Shown: one piece after another, positions 47,753 to 56,461 of the stretch
Position numbering within the stretch: the first letter of the stretch is position 1
Layout: the number at the start of each line of letters is the position of its first letter
Assembly: GCA_964586285.1 (NCBI GenBank)
Contig: CAZPHU010000005.1
Coordinates: 3,813 to 67,812 of the forward strand
Source of the DNA: an uncultured Fibrobacterota bacterium
Lineage (GTDB): Bacteria > Fibrobacterota > Chitinivibrionia > Chitinivibrionales > CAYFVL01
Direction: 5' to 3'
Length of the DNA stretch: 64,000 nucleotides
Notes under the pieces: generated by a model
What the model was told of the DNA's origin: nothing
The model's database searches: none
Seen by the model: the letters and a program-made list of their open reading frames with translations, nothing else
Position numbers and translations under genes: made by a program

Positions 47753-48466
47753 TTACACCTCCGCCGTTAATGTCTGGTTTATAAGATTGATCGATTTTAA
47801 GGTATCGATTTTTTGAAGAGCATGCGCCAGCTCGGCTGAATTATTTGTGTTTTTTAACTTGATCTGATATGCATATTCTATTCTTTTTCCCTGTGAAGCC
47901 TCTCTGACCGTCACCAGAACAAACTGCCTGCAATAAGCACGAAGCACTGTTTCGATACTCTGCTTGACTCTAGGCTCATCTTCCACATTGAAACGAACGA
48001 TACCGTCAAAGGCGTTGGTGCGTATGGATGGAATGAAATGCAAGGCGGCGGAAGCGGTGCAGAAGGCAACCGTACCAATAACTGCTACAGTGTATGCGTT
48101 TACGCCGCATCCAATTCCAGCCGCAAGGGCGGCAAACATGAAAATAATATCCCGAGAATCCTTAAAATTGGTCCTGAACCGAACGATGGCCAAAGCACCG
48201 ATCATTCCAAGGCCGCGAGCCAGACTATCTCCGATGGCCTGCATGATAGTGGATGCCACAATGGAGCTAAGTACCAGGGATTGGACAAAGTTGTGATAAT
48301 ATGAAAGTCCGCGAAATGTTCGCTCATAGGTAAATGCTATCAGCATCGAAAGCACAAAAGCCAGAATGGATGAGAAAAGAACCGTTATTAATCCCGGATT
48401 TATGGAACTTGTCTGTACGGTAAAATAATCTAACACCTCTACCTGCCTTAATTGGAATGTGTACAT
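47753..48466 (-). CDS. DUF4956-family integral membrane protein
   Basis: 237 aa, ~4 TM. 'GMIGALAIVRFRTNFKDSRDIIFMFAALAAGIGCG' matches the family hallmark as I remember it. It has a soluble C-terminal ~90 aa. Confidence 0.75.
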   Translation of the reverse strand: MYTFQLRQVEVLDYFTVQTSSINPGLITVLFSSILAFVLSMLIAFTYERTFRGLSYYHNFVQSLVLSSIVASTIMQAIGDSLARGLGMIGALAIVRFRTNFKDSRDIIFMFAALAAGIGCGVNAYTVAVIGTVAFCTASAALHFIPSIRTNAFDGIVRFNVEDEPRVKQSIETVLRAYCRQFVLVTVREASQGKRIEYAYQIKLKNTNNSAELAHALQKIDTLKSINLINQTLTAEV

Positions 48467-48560
48467 GACTAGGACTTTTTTAATCGCACAACCACACTGC
48501 AGATAATAAGCCCTGCATTACTGTTTCGCCTCTTTAGTATCCTAATATACCGACTCTGTT

Positions 48561-48589
48561 CTAACATTTTCCTAACATCCACCTAACAT
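48561..48589. repeat. Three perfect CTAACAT direct repeats at exact 11-bp phasing (Pho-box-like operator candidate)
   Basis: CTAACAT at 48561, 48572 and 48583, separated by 4-nt spacers TTTC and CCAC. On the minus strand a TATATT (48549-48544) lies 11 nt downstream of the repeats. The operon ATG is at 48466. Confidence 0.6.
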
Positions 48590-48881
48590 TTCGTTATTTC
48601 GCTAAATGGTTGGTTCTTTTTGGAAAAAAATCAAAACAAAACCTCTTTTCTTACAAAAATTATTAATAAATGTTAAAAAAAATCAGGAGATGTAGATGCT
48701 TTTAAAGGAAATGTCGATTTTTCAGACTACTATCATTTATCTGTATTTTCTTCCATGCACAAAGGTTTAAACACAATTTAATGTATCTTTCAATGAGTGC
48801 ACTTGGACCGTTAGTCCAGAAGATAGTCAAAACGTATTTTTGTGGTATTCTCAGAGAAATAAACAACGAAGGGAGTATCTG

Positions 48882-49580
48882 ATGATTTTTCTAGAAAACA
48901 AATGGGCTTTAGTAACCGGCTCCAGTCGAGGTATTGGCCAACAGATTGCGCTGGGTCTTGCAAAGAGAAAATGTAATGTGATCGTTCATGGAAGAAAAGC
49001 GGATAATGCGTGCCAAACGCTTGAGCTTCTAAAAGAGTATGATGTTCTGACCCACTGTGTTTCGGGAGAGCTTTCGTCACCGGATGAGGTAGCGGGTATA
49101 ATCGATCAAGTCAAAAATGGGCCTGGAAAAGTCGATGTCCTGTACAACAACGCCGCAATTCAGAATGCCTGGAAACCGATATGGGAGATAACCCATGAAG
49201 AATGGCTGGAATCCTTTGAGATTAACTTTTTCTCGGTGATCGCCTTGTGCAATGCATTTGCACCTGGAATGAAAGAACGTGGTTATGGACGTATAATCAA
49301 CCTGACTTCAGGGATTAAAGATGTGCCCAATCTTTCACCTTACAGCACATCCAAAGCAGCTATAGATAAATACACCCAGGACCTTGCTTTCGAACTTAAG
49401 GGCACGAATGTCTTGGTTAACAGGGTGGATCCGGGATGGCTGAGAACGGATCTGGGCGGTCCAAACGGGATGTTTTCGGTTGAAACCGTTATCCCCGGAG
49501 CACTTGTACCGGCACTTTTCGAGGACAACGGCCCAAGCGGTAATTTTTACGCCGCACAAGATTTTAAATATCTGGATTAG
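48882..49580 (+). CDS. SDR-family oxidoreductase
   Basis: 'ALVTGSSRGIGQQ', 'NNAA', 'YSTSKAAIDK'. ATG 48882 follows a GAAGGGAG SD. Confidence 0.85.
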   Translation: MIFLENKWALVTGSSRGIGQQIALGLAKRKCNVIVHGRKADNACQTLELLKEYDVLTHCVSGELSSPDEVAGIIDQVKNGPGKVDVLYNNAAIQNAWKPIWEITHEEWLESFEINFFSVIALCNAFAPGMKERGYGRIINLTSGIKDVPNLSPYSTSKAAIDKYTQDLAFELKGTNVLVNRVDPGWLRTDLGGPNGMFSVETVIPGALVPALFEDNGPSGNFYAAQDFKYLD

Positions 49581-49760
49581 AGAAGCAGCCTCTATCAGGC
49601 AAAAGTCTGGTATTCGGAAGGCATTCGGGATGACCGATTTTTCATGGGTTCAGCTTGTCTTCCTCATCAACACCTACCCTAATGCTGACAGAGTTTTTTT
49701 AAACAGGTTAAGCGCTTGCTTTTAAACCTGACATAATAATCTCACCAGCTTTACAATCAA

Positions 49761-49795
49761 AAAAAGAGCAGTCCCGAAGCACTGCTCTTTTAAAA
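49761..49795. terminator. Bidirectional rho-independent terminator
   Basis: AAAAGAGCAGT (49762-49772), loop cccgaagc, ACTGCTCTTTT (49781-49791). A-run upstream and T-run downstream, between convergent genes. Confidence 0.8.
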
Positions 49796-49816
49796 ATTCT
49801 GCGATGTTTGAAACTG

Positions 49817-52444
49817 TTATCTTTCGGCAATGATCGAAACAGGCTGGGTAAAATGACCTGCCCCGTCGAAATACCTGATCACGTACATGCCGGAGCCCAG
49901 AGTGTTTTGAAGGTTTAGTGTATGTCTGCCAGTACTCAATTGTTTTAGTTGAGCAGACAAATCCTTAACCAATTTTCCGGAAACAGAGTACATCTTAAGA
50001 GAAGAGGCGGAAGGTCTCTTCAATAAAAGATCCAGCATTAATTTCGAACCCTTTGTCCGAGCGAAAAACGCAGCCTGGCCCGATTTACGAATAAAGGGAC
50101 TGGCAAGCTCCACCTTATCCTGCATTTTAAGTTTTACATTATCGATGTACACGTTCCTGTCAGATAAACCTGCATAGAATCCAATACGAGCCTGGTCATC
50201 GGTAGGATAAACCATTGTGAAGGTAAAAGAGTAGTTTTGGGGTTGATCAGAGAGAGTTATCTCTGTTTCGGCGTCACCCGTATATGATTCATACGGATCG
50301 CTTGACATGCCCACATCCGCCACGATTATCCGACTGGTGTCAGCCCAGGCATCGAAACTGAATTCATAAACACCCCCTTGTATCAGTTCAATCCCAAGCT
50401 GTGTCATTTGTACACCCCAGCCGACCTCACCACCATCTCTAATATCAAGCACAAACACGCCGCTGTCGGATACATATTCCCTGCCTAGTCCGCCCTCATG
50501 ATATGTTACCGACCATTCATTATCCCCATCAGAAAAGTCTCCGTTGCGTACGATTTCATCCACAAGACCGAATCCGGCACGAATCGAAAGATCTTTATCT
50601 ACCGTCAACGTAATCGTGGTATCTTCGCCATGTTCGGCGCCGCTCCAGCCCCTGAAAATCTCACCACTATCCGAAACGGCAGTCAATTGCACTGAACTAC
50701 CTTTTTCAAAGAGTTTCTGATTCGGTTCAACCAAAACGCTTCCCGGCCCCTCAACGGATATATTGATTGCAAACATAGTCTGCTCGACACGAGGCCCTTC
50801 GCCCATAACGGCGTCAACTGCCGCCAGCAGAGCCGTCATAGGTGAACTCCAGTTAATTGCAACTTCGTTAGTTGTATAACTTCCATAAACGTCTTCATAA
50901 TCACCTGCTCCCCCGTTTGGACCGCCGACCAGAAACCCTGGTATCATTTCTTCGATCCCGTCGGCTCCCGAGGGACGATGATGAGGATTCCTTGCCGCCT
51001 TCAAACCAAATCCCGTCAAAAAGGAGTGTGTAGTAGCGTTTTTCCCAAGCAGGTAATCGATACATTCCGCGGCACCTTTGATATACTTTTTATCTTCTGT
51101 AAGAGTATATGCGACAACCAGACAAAGACCGTCATTGGCCAGGAACGAATTCGATCCCCAGTTAAAAATGAGTCTTGGTATTCTATATGCATAGGTTTCA
51201 ATTTCATCCAACAACTCATCCGCCGCAACTATGAAAGAGCTTTTAATTGCATGAAAAGACGCGCTGTCCAACTCGTTGTCGGCAATTGCAAGAGAAAGTG
51301 GCGACATACTTTTAACGAACTGCCAACGAGGCGCATACCTGTACTCGTATAGATTTTCAACCACAATATTGCGGTACTCTTCTTTACCTGTAGTAATAAA
51401 CAGCTCCGTTGCGGCCCACAGTCTCTCATCCGCGACTTGTTCATCTTCATACGCTCCAGTACCAACGCCGGAGGGATTTTCATCAAATAACTCCGAGGGA
51501 TTTTCTTCAGCCCATACCCAGGCACTTTCGGCCTGTGCCAGACACCCTGCAGCAAATGTACTGTCCAAAGCTACATATATGCGTCCTGCCATTGCCATCA
51601 CTGCTGCAAAATCCAGTGTCGCGGCGGTTGATTTTCCTATAAAATACCGAGTTGCATTCGCCTCGTGAGGCATTTCGGTACCGGTAAAGTTTAGAGTTGT
51701 AAGCTTGTGGAAAACACCACCGTCACTATCCTGCATGGTTTTCATCCATTCAAGTTCATACCGCACCTCATCCAGAAGGTCATCCTGGGAATTACCGGAT
51801 TCGGGTATGTTTAGAACGCTGTCGCCAAAGTAAGTACCAAACATCTCATAAAATTGCAATAGAGTTCCCACCGTTATGCCCGCGTTGACTATATATTTAC
51901 CGTAATCACCAGCATCATACCAGCCGCCGGGTGATGAAGCCTTACCGCCGTCCTTTCCGGTAGAGGAATGATATACGACCGCAGTGTCCGGATGTCCGGC
52001 CGGCCTGGCGAATTTGCCTGCATACTGCGGTTCCAACTCCATGCTTGCTCGCTGATAGTAGAAGGATTTTAGTGATGCCGCGGCTGCATCTGCATAGATT
52101 CGATTAGATATTCTAAAAGGATAGGAAGTACCCAAACCTTCTGTTCTGATCCAGTAAGTTCCAGGCTCGGTTAATGCGGAGAAATCCGCCTGCTTAACCG
52201 CTTCCTGCCATTCTCTTCTCCACGCAGTCTTTTCCTCAGACAAAATGTCCCTAAAAACCACACTGTCCCGTGCATCAATCACCTCAAAAACCGAGTCGAC
52301 AGCCCCAATTATAATGGCGATCTTATTTGCCGAAGGATAGTAACCTACCTGATTGATTCTGTAGTTATCTTCATCTCCCCACGCTTTGAAAAACATACAA
52401 CTTACTACAATTATTAGCCACATTTCCGTTCTTTTTCTCTTCAT
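49817..52444 (-). CDS. GH9 endoglucanase: Ig-like N-domain + GH9 + InlB-B-repeat-like + CBM4/9-like + T9SS-type C-terminal sorting domain
   Basis: 'YRINQVGYYP' (CelD_N-like), 'GWYDAGDYGKY', 'NPHHRPSG', 'LVGGPNGG', 'YTTNEVAINW', 'FRGWSG', and the C-terminal 'LKMYSVSGKLVKDL...LGSGMYVIRYFDGAGHF'. ATG 52444 (MKRKRTEMWLIIVV...) preferred. Confidence 0.9.
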   Translation of the reverse strand: MKRKRTEMWLIIVVSCMFFKAWGDEDNYRINQVGYYPSANKIAIIIGAVDSVFEVIDARDSVVFRDILSEEKTAWRREWQEAVKQADFSALTEPGTYWIRTEGLGTSYPFRISNRIYADAAAASLKSFYYQRASMELEPQYAGKFARPAGHPDTAVVYHSSTGKDGGKASSPGGWYDAGDYGKYIVNAGITVGTLLQFYEMFGTYFGDSVLNIPESGNSQDDLLDEVRYELEWMKTMQDSDGGVFHKLTTLNFTGTEMPHEANATRYFIGKSTAATLDFAAVMAMAGRIYVALDSTFAAGCLAQAESAWVWAEENPSELFDENPSGVGTGAYEDEQVADERLWAATELFITTGKEEYRNIVVENLYEYRYAPRWQFVKSMSPLSLAIADNELDSASFHAIKSSFIVAADELLDEIETYAYRIPRLIFNWGSNSFLANDGLCLVVAYTLTEDKKYIKGAAECIDYLLGKNATTHSFLTGFGLKAARNPHHRPSGADGIEEMIPGFLVGGPNGGAGDYEDVYGSYTTNEVAINWSSPMTALLAAVDAVMGEGPRVEQTMFAINISVEGPGSVLVEPNQKLFEKGSSVQLTAVSDSGEIFRGWSGAEHGEDTTITLTVDKDLSIRAGFGLVDEIVRNGDFSDGDNEWSVTYHEGGLGREYVSDSGVFVLDIRDGGEVGWGVQMTQLGIELIQGGVYEFSFDAWADTSRIIVADVGMSSDPYESYTGDAETEITLSDQPQNYSFTFTMVYPTDDQARIGFYAGLSDRNVYIDNVKLKMQDKVELASPFIRKSGQAAFFARTKGSKLMLDLLLKRPSASSLKMYSVSGKLVKDLSAQLKQLSTGRHTLNLQNTLGSGMYVIRYFDGAGHFTQPVSIIAER

Positions 52445-52659
52445 CTTAAGAAAAAACCCCTTTCGTACCAAAAACACACTTAATTCATAATACAATATAA
52501 GCTCAGATACCTTTCCGGCAGTTGGCGCAGGCGCCATCAAATTTTCTAATTGTTTTAATTGTTCAAAACGTGATATATAGGCGCCGAGAGAAGGGGACAA
52601 TGAGAAAGCCTGATTTTTGATTCACTTGGGAAGCCAAACTATTCAGTCCATTAACACAA

Positions 52660-53064
52660 TCATCCATTGGAGTGTGGATTCTTGTAAAGCCTCGGCCGAC
52701 GACTCAGTAGATCAACCGTCTTTTTGTTCATCTCTACCACGCGGGAGGCCAGCGCTTTTGCAATCATATACGCAGACGACGGGCTGTTCTCGAAAAGACG
52801 GGTAACATCTTCGATGTACATCAATTCGGCATAGGTTGCGGCAACGACAGTTGCTTGCCTTCTCCCCCCCAACAACGCCTCAATCTCTCCAACATACTCC
52901 CCTCTTTCGGTTATTCGGGTGAGTGTAGTTCCACGAAATGAGACCTCCAGTACACCGGCTAGAAGAACATACATTCCTCGAGCGAGTTTCCCTTCTTTGA
53001 GGATAATCTGTCCCGGTTCAAACGCTACAATTTTTCTTTTTCCACTCATTTCAAACTTTATCAA
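52660..53064 (-). CDS. Cyclic-nucleotide-binding domain protein
   Basis: 134 aa. 'FEPGQIILKEG...MYVLLAGVLEV...GEYVGEIEALLGGRRQATVVA'. The start is either TTG 53064 (a 4-nt overlap with the upstream gene) or ATG 53049. Confidence 0.8.
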   Translation of the reverse strand: MIKFEMSGKRKIVAFEPGQIILKEGKLARGMYVLLAGVLEVSFRGTTLTRITERGEYVGEIEALLGGRRQATVVAATYAELMYIEDVTRLFENSPSSAYMIAKALASRVVEMNKKTVDLLSRRPRLYKNPHSNG

Positions 53065-54017
53065 TCGTATAAACCTGGAAACATCTCCTGAGGAGACTTG
53101 GGTGCAACACGCACGGTTTTACATCTTTCGGCAATAACCTGTCCTGGTGGCGATTTTCTTGGCTTTCTTACAAACCTGGCCTCGGTTACGTGCACTTCTG
53201 CATATGATGTATGCTTTGCTTTTGAAAACCAGACAGCTAACGCTCCCGCATCTTCTAGTATACTATGCGGCGGCCACGGGCTTGATTTCTCGCGGCGTAT
53301 CACTACATGTGAACCCGCATGTCCTGCCACATGCAACCATAAATCCCAGGGACGCGCAAATCTGGTAGATAACTCATCGTTTTGGGCGTCGGTTTTTCCT
53401 ATATAGATGTCAAAGTTTTGCAGGCGAAAATGTCTATAAGGGACGTTATGTCGTTTTTCTTCACCTCCGCCTGCTCCTGTGGATGAATCAGTTTCATATT
53501 TCTTGGCCGCCGTGGCCAGCTCAGTGATTTCCTTCTCATCAAAGGATTGCTCATCCGACCATTTCTCAATAACTTTGTCGCAACCGGTTATGAACGACTC
53601 AATTTCTTCGATTTCCATTCGGCTGTCCGAAACCTTTTGCATTGCAGCATCAAATCCGCGTTTACCTTTACGTGCTTTTTTATAATACAATTCCGCGTTC
53701 CTGTATGCATCACATTTCGGATTCAACCGCACGTTTTCTATTTCCTGAGTATGGACATTTATTATATCCCGCTGTGCTTCACCTTTGTTATATGCATCGG
53801 GATCGGCGAGAAGTGAGTCGGCTATCTGCCCAAACCATTGCCACTTTTTTACTTCCTCAAGTTCCTTCTCCTGTTTTTGTATTTTGGCGCGAGCTTTTTT
53901 CAACGCTTTATTTGCATTTTTTCTCCATTTTCTTACAACGGAGATCTCTAAGATTGATTGTTCTTTCTCATTTTCTTTGACCATAATTCTTGACACCATT
54001 ATCTGTTCGTGGTACAA
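53061..54017 (-). CDS. NFACT-R/DUF814 domain protein (short RqcH-like, lacks NFACT-N)
   Basis: 318 aa. A coiled-coil N-half, then 'FDIYIGKTDAQNDELS...DLWLHVAGHAGSHVVIR...EVHVTEARFVRKPR'. Confidence 0.75.
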   Translation of the reverse strand: MYHEQIMVSRIMVKENEKEQSILEISVVRKWRKNANKALKKARAKIQKQEKELEEVKKWQWFGQIADSLLADPDAYNKGEAQRDIINVHTQEIENVRLNPKCDAYRNAELYYKKARKGKRGFDAAMQKVSDSRMEIEEIESFITGCDKVIEKWSDEQSFDEKEITELATAAKKYETDSSTGAGGGEEKRHNVPYRHFRLQNFDIYIGKTDAQNDELSTRFARPWDLWLHVAGHAGSHVVIRREKSSPWPPHSILEDAGALAVWFSKAKHTSYAEVHVTEARFVRKPRKSPPGQVIAERCKTVRVAPKSPQEMFPGLYD

Positions 54018-54062
54018 TCTATTTAGAGTTTCATTTACGTCTTAAATGATTTTGAGGATTCA

Positions 54063-54461
54063 ATGATTACGAACATTGTCGTGGAATGTCCATTTTGTCA
54101 ATCGTCAAGTGAACTGTTTCTTACAACGCATACCAATGTCATCGTTCTTAATTGTCCTCACTGCTGGACACCTCTGGTACATACAACCAATGGGGTTTTT
54201 GTGTTAACGGAGAACCAACTGGCGGAATTGGCGACCGATTCGCAAGGACGTGCCTTAAACCGCCTACTTAACAAAATGACAGGAGGCTCTTACATGGATA
54301 AAGGAGATACGTTCGAAAATAAATTCAGTTACCCGAAAACAAAACTGGCTCAAAATCATTTCGATGATGAGCGCACCTGCATAACGCATGATGATATTAT
54401 CAATTTACAGATTGATTTGGCAACGATAAAGGATCCTCTCGAACTTATCGAGAAAATGTAA
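54063..54461 (+). CDS. Hypothetical zinc-ribbon protein
   Basis: 132 aa. 'CPFCQSS...x18...CPHCWTP'. Confidence 0.5.
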   Translation: MITNIVVECPFCQSSSELFLTTHTNVIVLNCPHCWTPLVHTTNGVFVLTENQLAELATDSQGRALNRLLNKMTGGSYMDKGDTFENKFSYPKTKLAQNHFDDERTCITHDDIINLQIDLATIKDPLELIEKM

Positions 54462-54618
54462 TACCCCTTCGTTTCTACCCTTGAAAGCCATGTTATCCGT
54501 AGCGGACAATATGGCTTTTATCGTAAGCAGCCGTTCTTGTTGCGTGAGCCTTAAAAGTAATAAAGCCGAAGAAAAGTTCTTCGGCTCTACAAAAACCTTC
54601 TCAAAATGCCTCAACGTT

Positions 54619-56370
54619 TCATTTCGAAACGGTATCAACAGCCGTTATGGTATCCGACAAGTTTTCAAGCTCTTCCTGATCCACCGGCCTGCCCTGGCGA
54701 CGAGACTGTGCCTGAAGCTCTTCGATGCTGGTCATTGGTTCGTCCAAATGTTGAATCATAAACTCCGCATCATCGGCAAGTTCACAATCCGGACTGTTTT
54801 CCAGAATCCATTTGTAATTTACTTCCGCCAATCGTGGACGTTCCAGATGCTCATCATAAATAAAGCCGATCATAAAAAAGGTATTACAAAGGTGCTCCCT
54901 GCTATGAGTGAATATCTGATATCTTCTATAACTGCGAACAGCATCACGCAGAATTCTGTTTCTACTCGTTTCAGCCGCTTGAAGATTAGCAAGCTCCGTT
55001 TGAACCTTGGCCAAATCGATCAGAGCCTCTTTACCGGTCTGAGTATATGGAAAAGAATTCACCACATCTCTCAATAAACTCTGAGCATTGCTGAGGGTTT
55101 TTGAAGCCTCGCTGCCCGTTTGCTGTTCCTCCAGCGCTAATAGAGAATCCACCTCTTTCATCATTGCTGCAGGATCCCGATCTTTTTCATCTTTCCAGTC
55201 TGATTGCAGGAATTCAACGCCTACATCCCTGCGAACATCACGAATCTCCTCTTCTAGAGCGTATCCCACAGCCCTTTCCCTATACTCATCAACAACTGAA
55301 GCAAATCTGGATGAATCAGGCCTTTTACCGGCGACATACCCCTCGTCCCATATCGCATATTTGATTACCGAAGTATCCAAGTGTGTCTGTTTTTTTGCCT
55401 CCGGCAGCAAAGTTTCTTCTATGTAGTGAGTTGCAACTTCATATTTCCACGCCCATTCATTTACTCCCTGAACATCTTCATTGTTAACAAAGCCGCTTTC
55501 ACGTGCCTGCTCCGAGAATAATTTCCACTTTAAAAGCCACTCAACGAGGTATTTCTTTTTGGACGGATCATTGTAATTATCTCTGGCGTCTTCAGGAAGC
55601 CAACTGAGGATAACATCCATATCTTGAGGTGTTATATACTGATCTTGCCCATAAAACGCATTTAGAGAATCCGGATATGGTTCATTGAATTTTTGCTCAT
55701 AAAATTGTCTCATGAAAAACGCGGAAGGGTCCTTGCTTGCATATCTGAGCCACCTCTGACGAACAGCCGAGGAATCGACAGCGGTATCACCATCATCGGA
55801 TACTTGTGCATAAAAGGAGGAATCCGGCGGATATTTGGACAGAAACAAATCGGTAATTATCTGATGACGTACTTGAGTTAGCGGCCGATAAAAAACCGAA
55901 TCCCTGGTCTGATTTTGTGCAAGTGAATCGGAAGAAGCTGTGTCTGCCTGAACTTTGACTTCTACGGTATCTTTGAATTCTTCACGATTTTGGTCGTAAT
56001 ATGATTGAATTTCTTGTTCCGTAAAACCCAAGTTACGAGTGAGAATCTGCTGGGCATACATCTGTGCCGGGTAAAAACGATTTTTCCACTCCCAGTCGTT
56101 ACCGGATTTCAGTTTATTTTTGTCCGGAGCCTTTTCGAATAGCACCTGTGTTTCTACCAATGCCGTTGCGGGCGCCCGATTGCCCGGAAAGTATTTACTC
56201 CTTTGAGCCGGATACATACGCTGCATCGTGGTAAACCATTGGTAATTTTCGCGCTGTAACAGTTCACCTCCCACTCTGGCAAAAGCGTTCTCCTCATCAC
56301 CTGTATTACTGCACGACACACACAAAAGAAGTGCTCCCAGGAGCAGAACACAGACAGAAAAACGGCACAT
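54619..56370 (-). CDS. Hypothetical lipoprotein (helical/TPR-like C-terminal region)
   Basis: 583 aa. Lipobox 'LLLCVSC'. No catalytic motif recognised. Confidence 0.5.
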   Translation of the reverse strand: MCRFSVCVLLLGALLLCVSCSNTGDEENAFARVGGELLQRENYQWFTTMQRMYPAQRSKYFPGNRAPATALVETQVLFEKAPDKNKLKSGNDWEWKNRFYPAQMYAQQILTRNLGFTEQEIQSYYDQNREEFKDTVEVKVQADTASSDSLAQNQTRDSVFYRPLTQVRHQIITDLFLSKYPPDSSFYAQVSDDGDTAVDSSAVRQRWLRYASKDPSAFFMRQFYEQKFNEPYPDSLNAFYGQDQYITPQDMDVILSWLPEDARDNYNDPSKKKYLVEWLLKWKLFSEQARESGFVNNEDVQGVNEWAWKYEVATHYIEETLLPEAKKQTHLDTSVIKYAIWDEGYVAGKRPDSSRFASVVDEYRERAVGYALEEEIRDVRRDVGVEFLQSDWKDEKDRDPAAMMKEVDSLLALEEQQTGSEASKTLSNAQSLLRDVVNSFPYTQTGKEALIDLAKVQTELANLQAAETSRNRILRDAVRSYRRYQIFTHSREHLCNTFFMIGFIYDEHLERPRLAEVNYKWILENSPDCELADDAEFMIQHLDEPMTSIEELQAQSRRQGRPVDQEELENLSDTITAVDTVSK

Positions 56371-56461
56371 AAAGGCATCTCCTTCCTAACTGGAAATAAA
56401 AGAATGAGATATAAAAAATATATTCGGCGGATAAAAAGAATCGCAATCGACCTATATTAGA

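Noticed and set aside
40459-48466. Impression that the CotH/VTC operon is more AT-rich than its flanks, which could indicate horizontal acquisition.
   Set aside because: Hand counts of a few 60-nt lines gave 28-48% GC inside the operon and 42-58% elsewhere. The sampling is too sparse to support a claim. A sliding-window GC and codon-usage calculation is needed.
52547-52564. Tandem 9-mer TAATTGTTT/TAATTGTTC upstream of the GH9 gene.
   Set aside because: There are only two imperfect copies in an AT-rich region. That is not distinguishable from chance without comparative data.
54481-55077. 198-aa plus-strand ORF.
   Set aside because: It is antisense to the 583-aa lipoprotein gene, has no SD or motif, and its composition is typical of a shadow frame.
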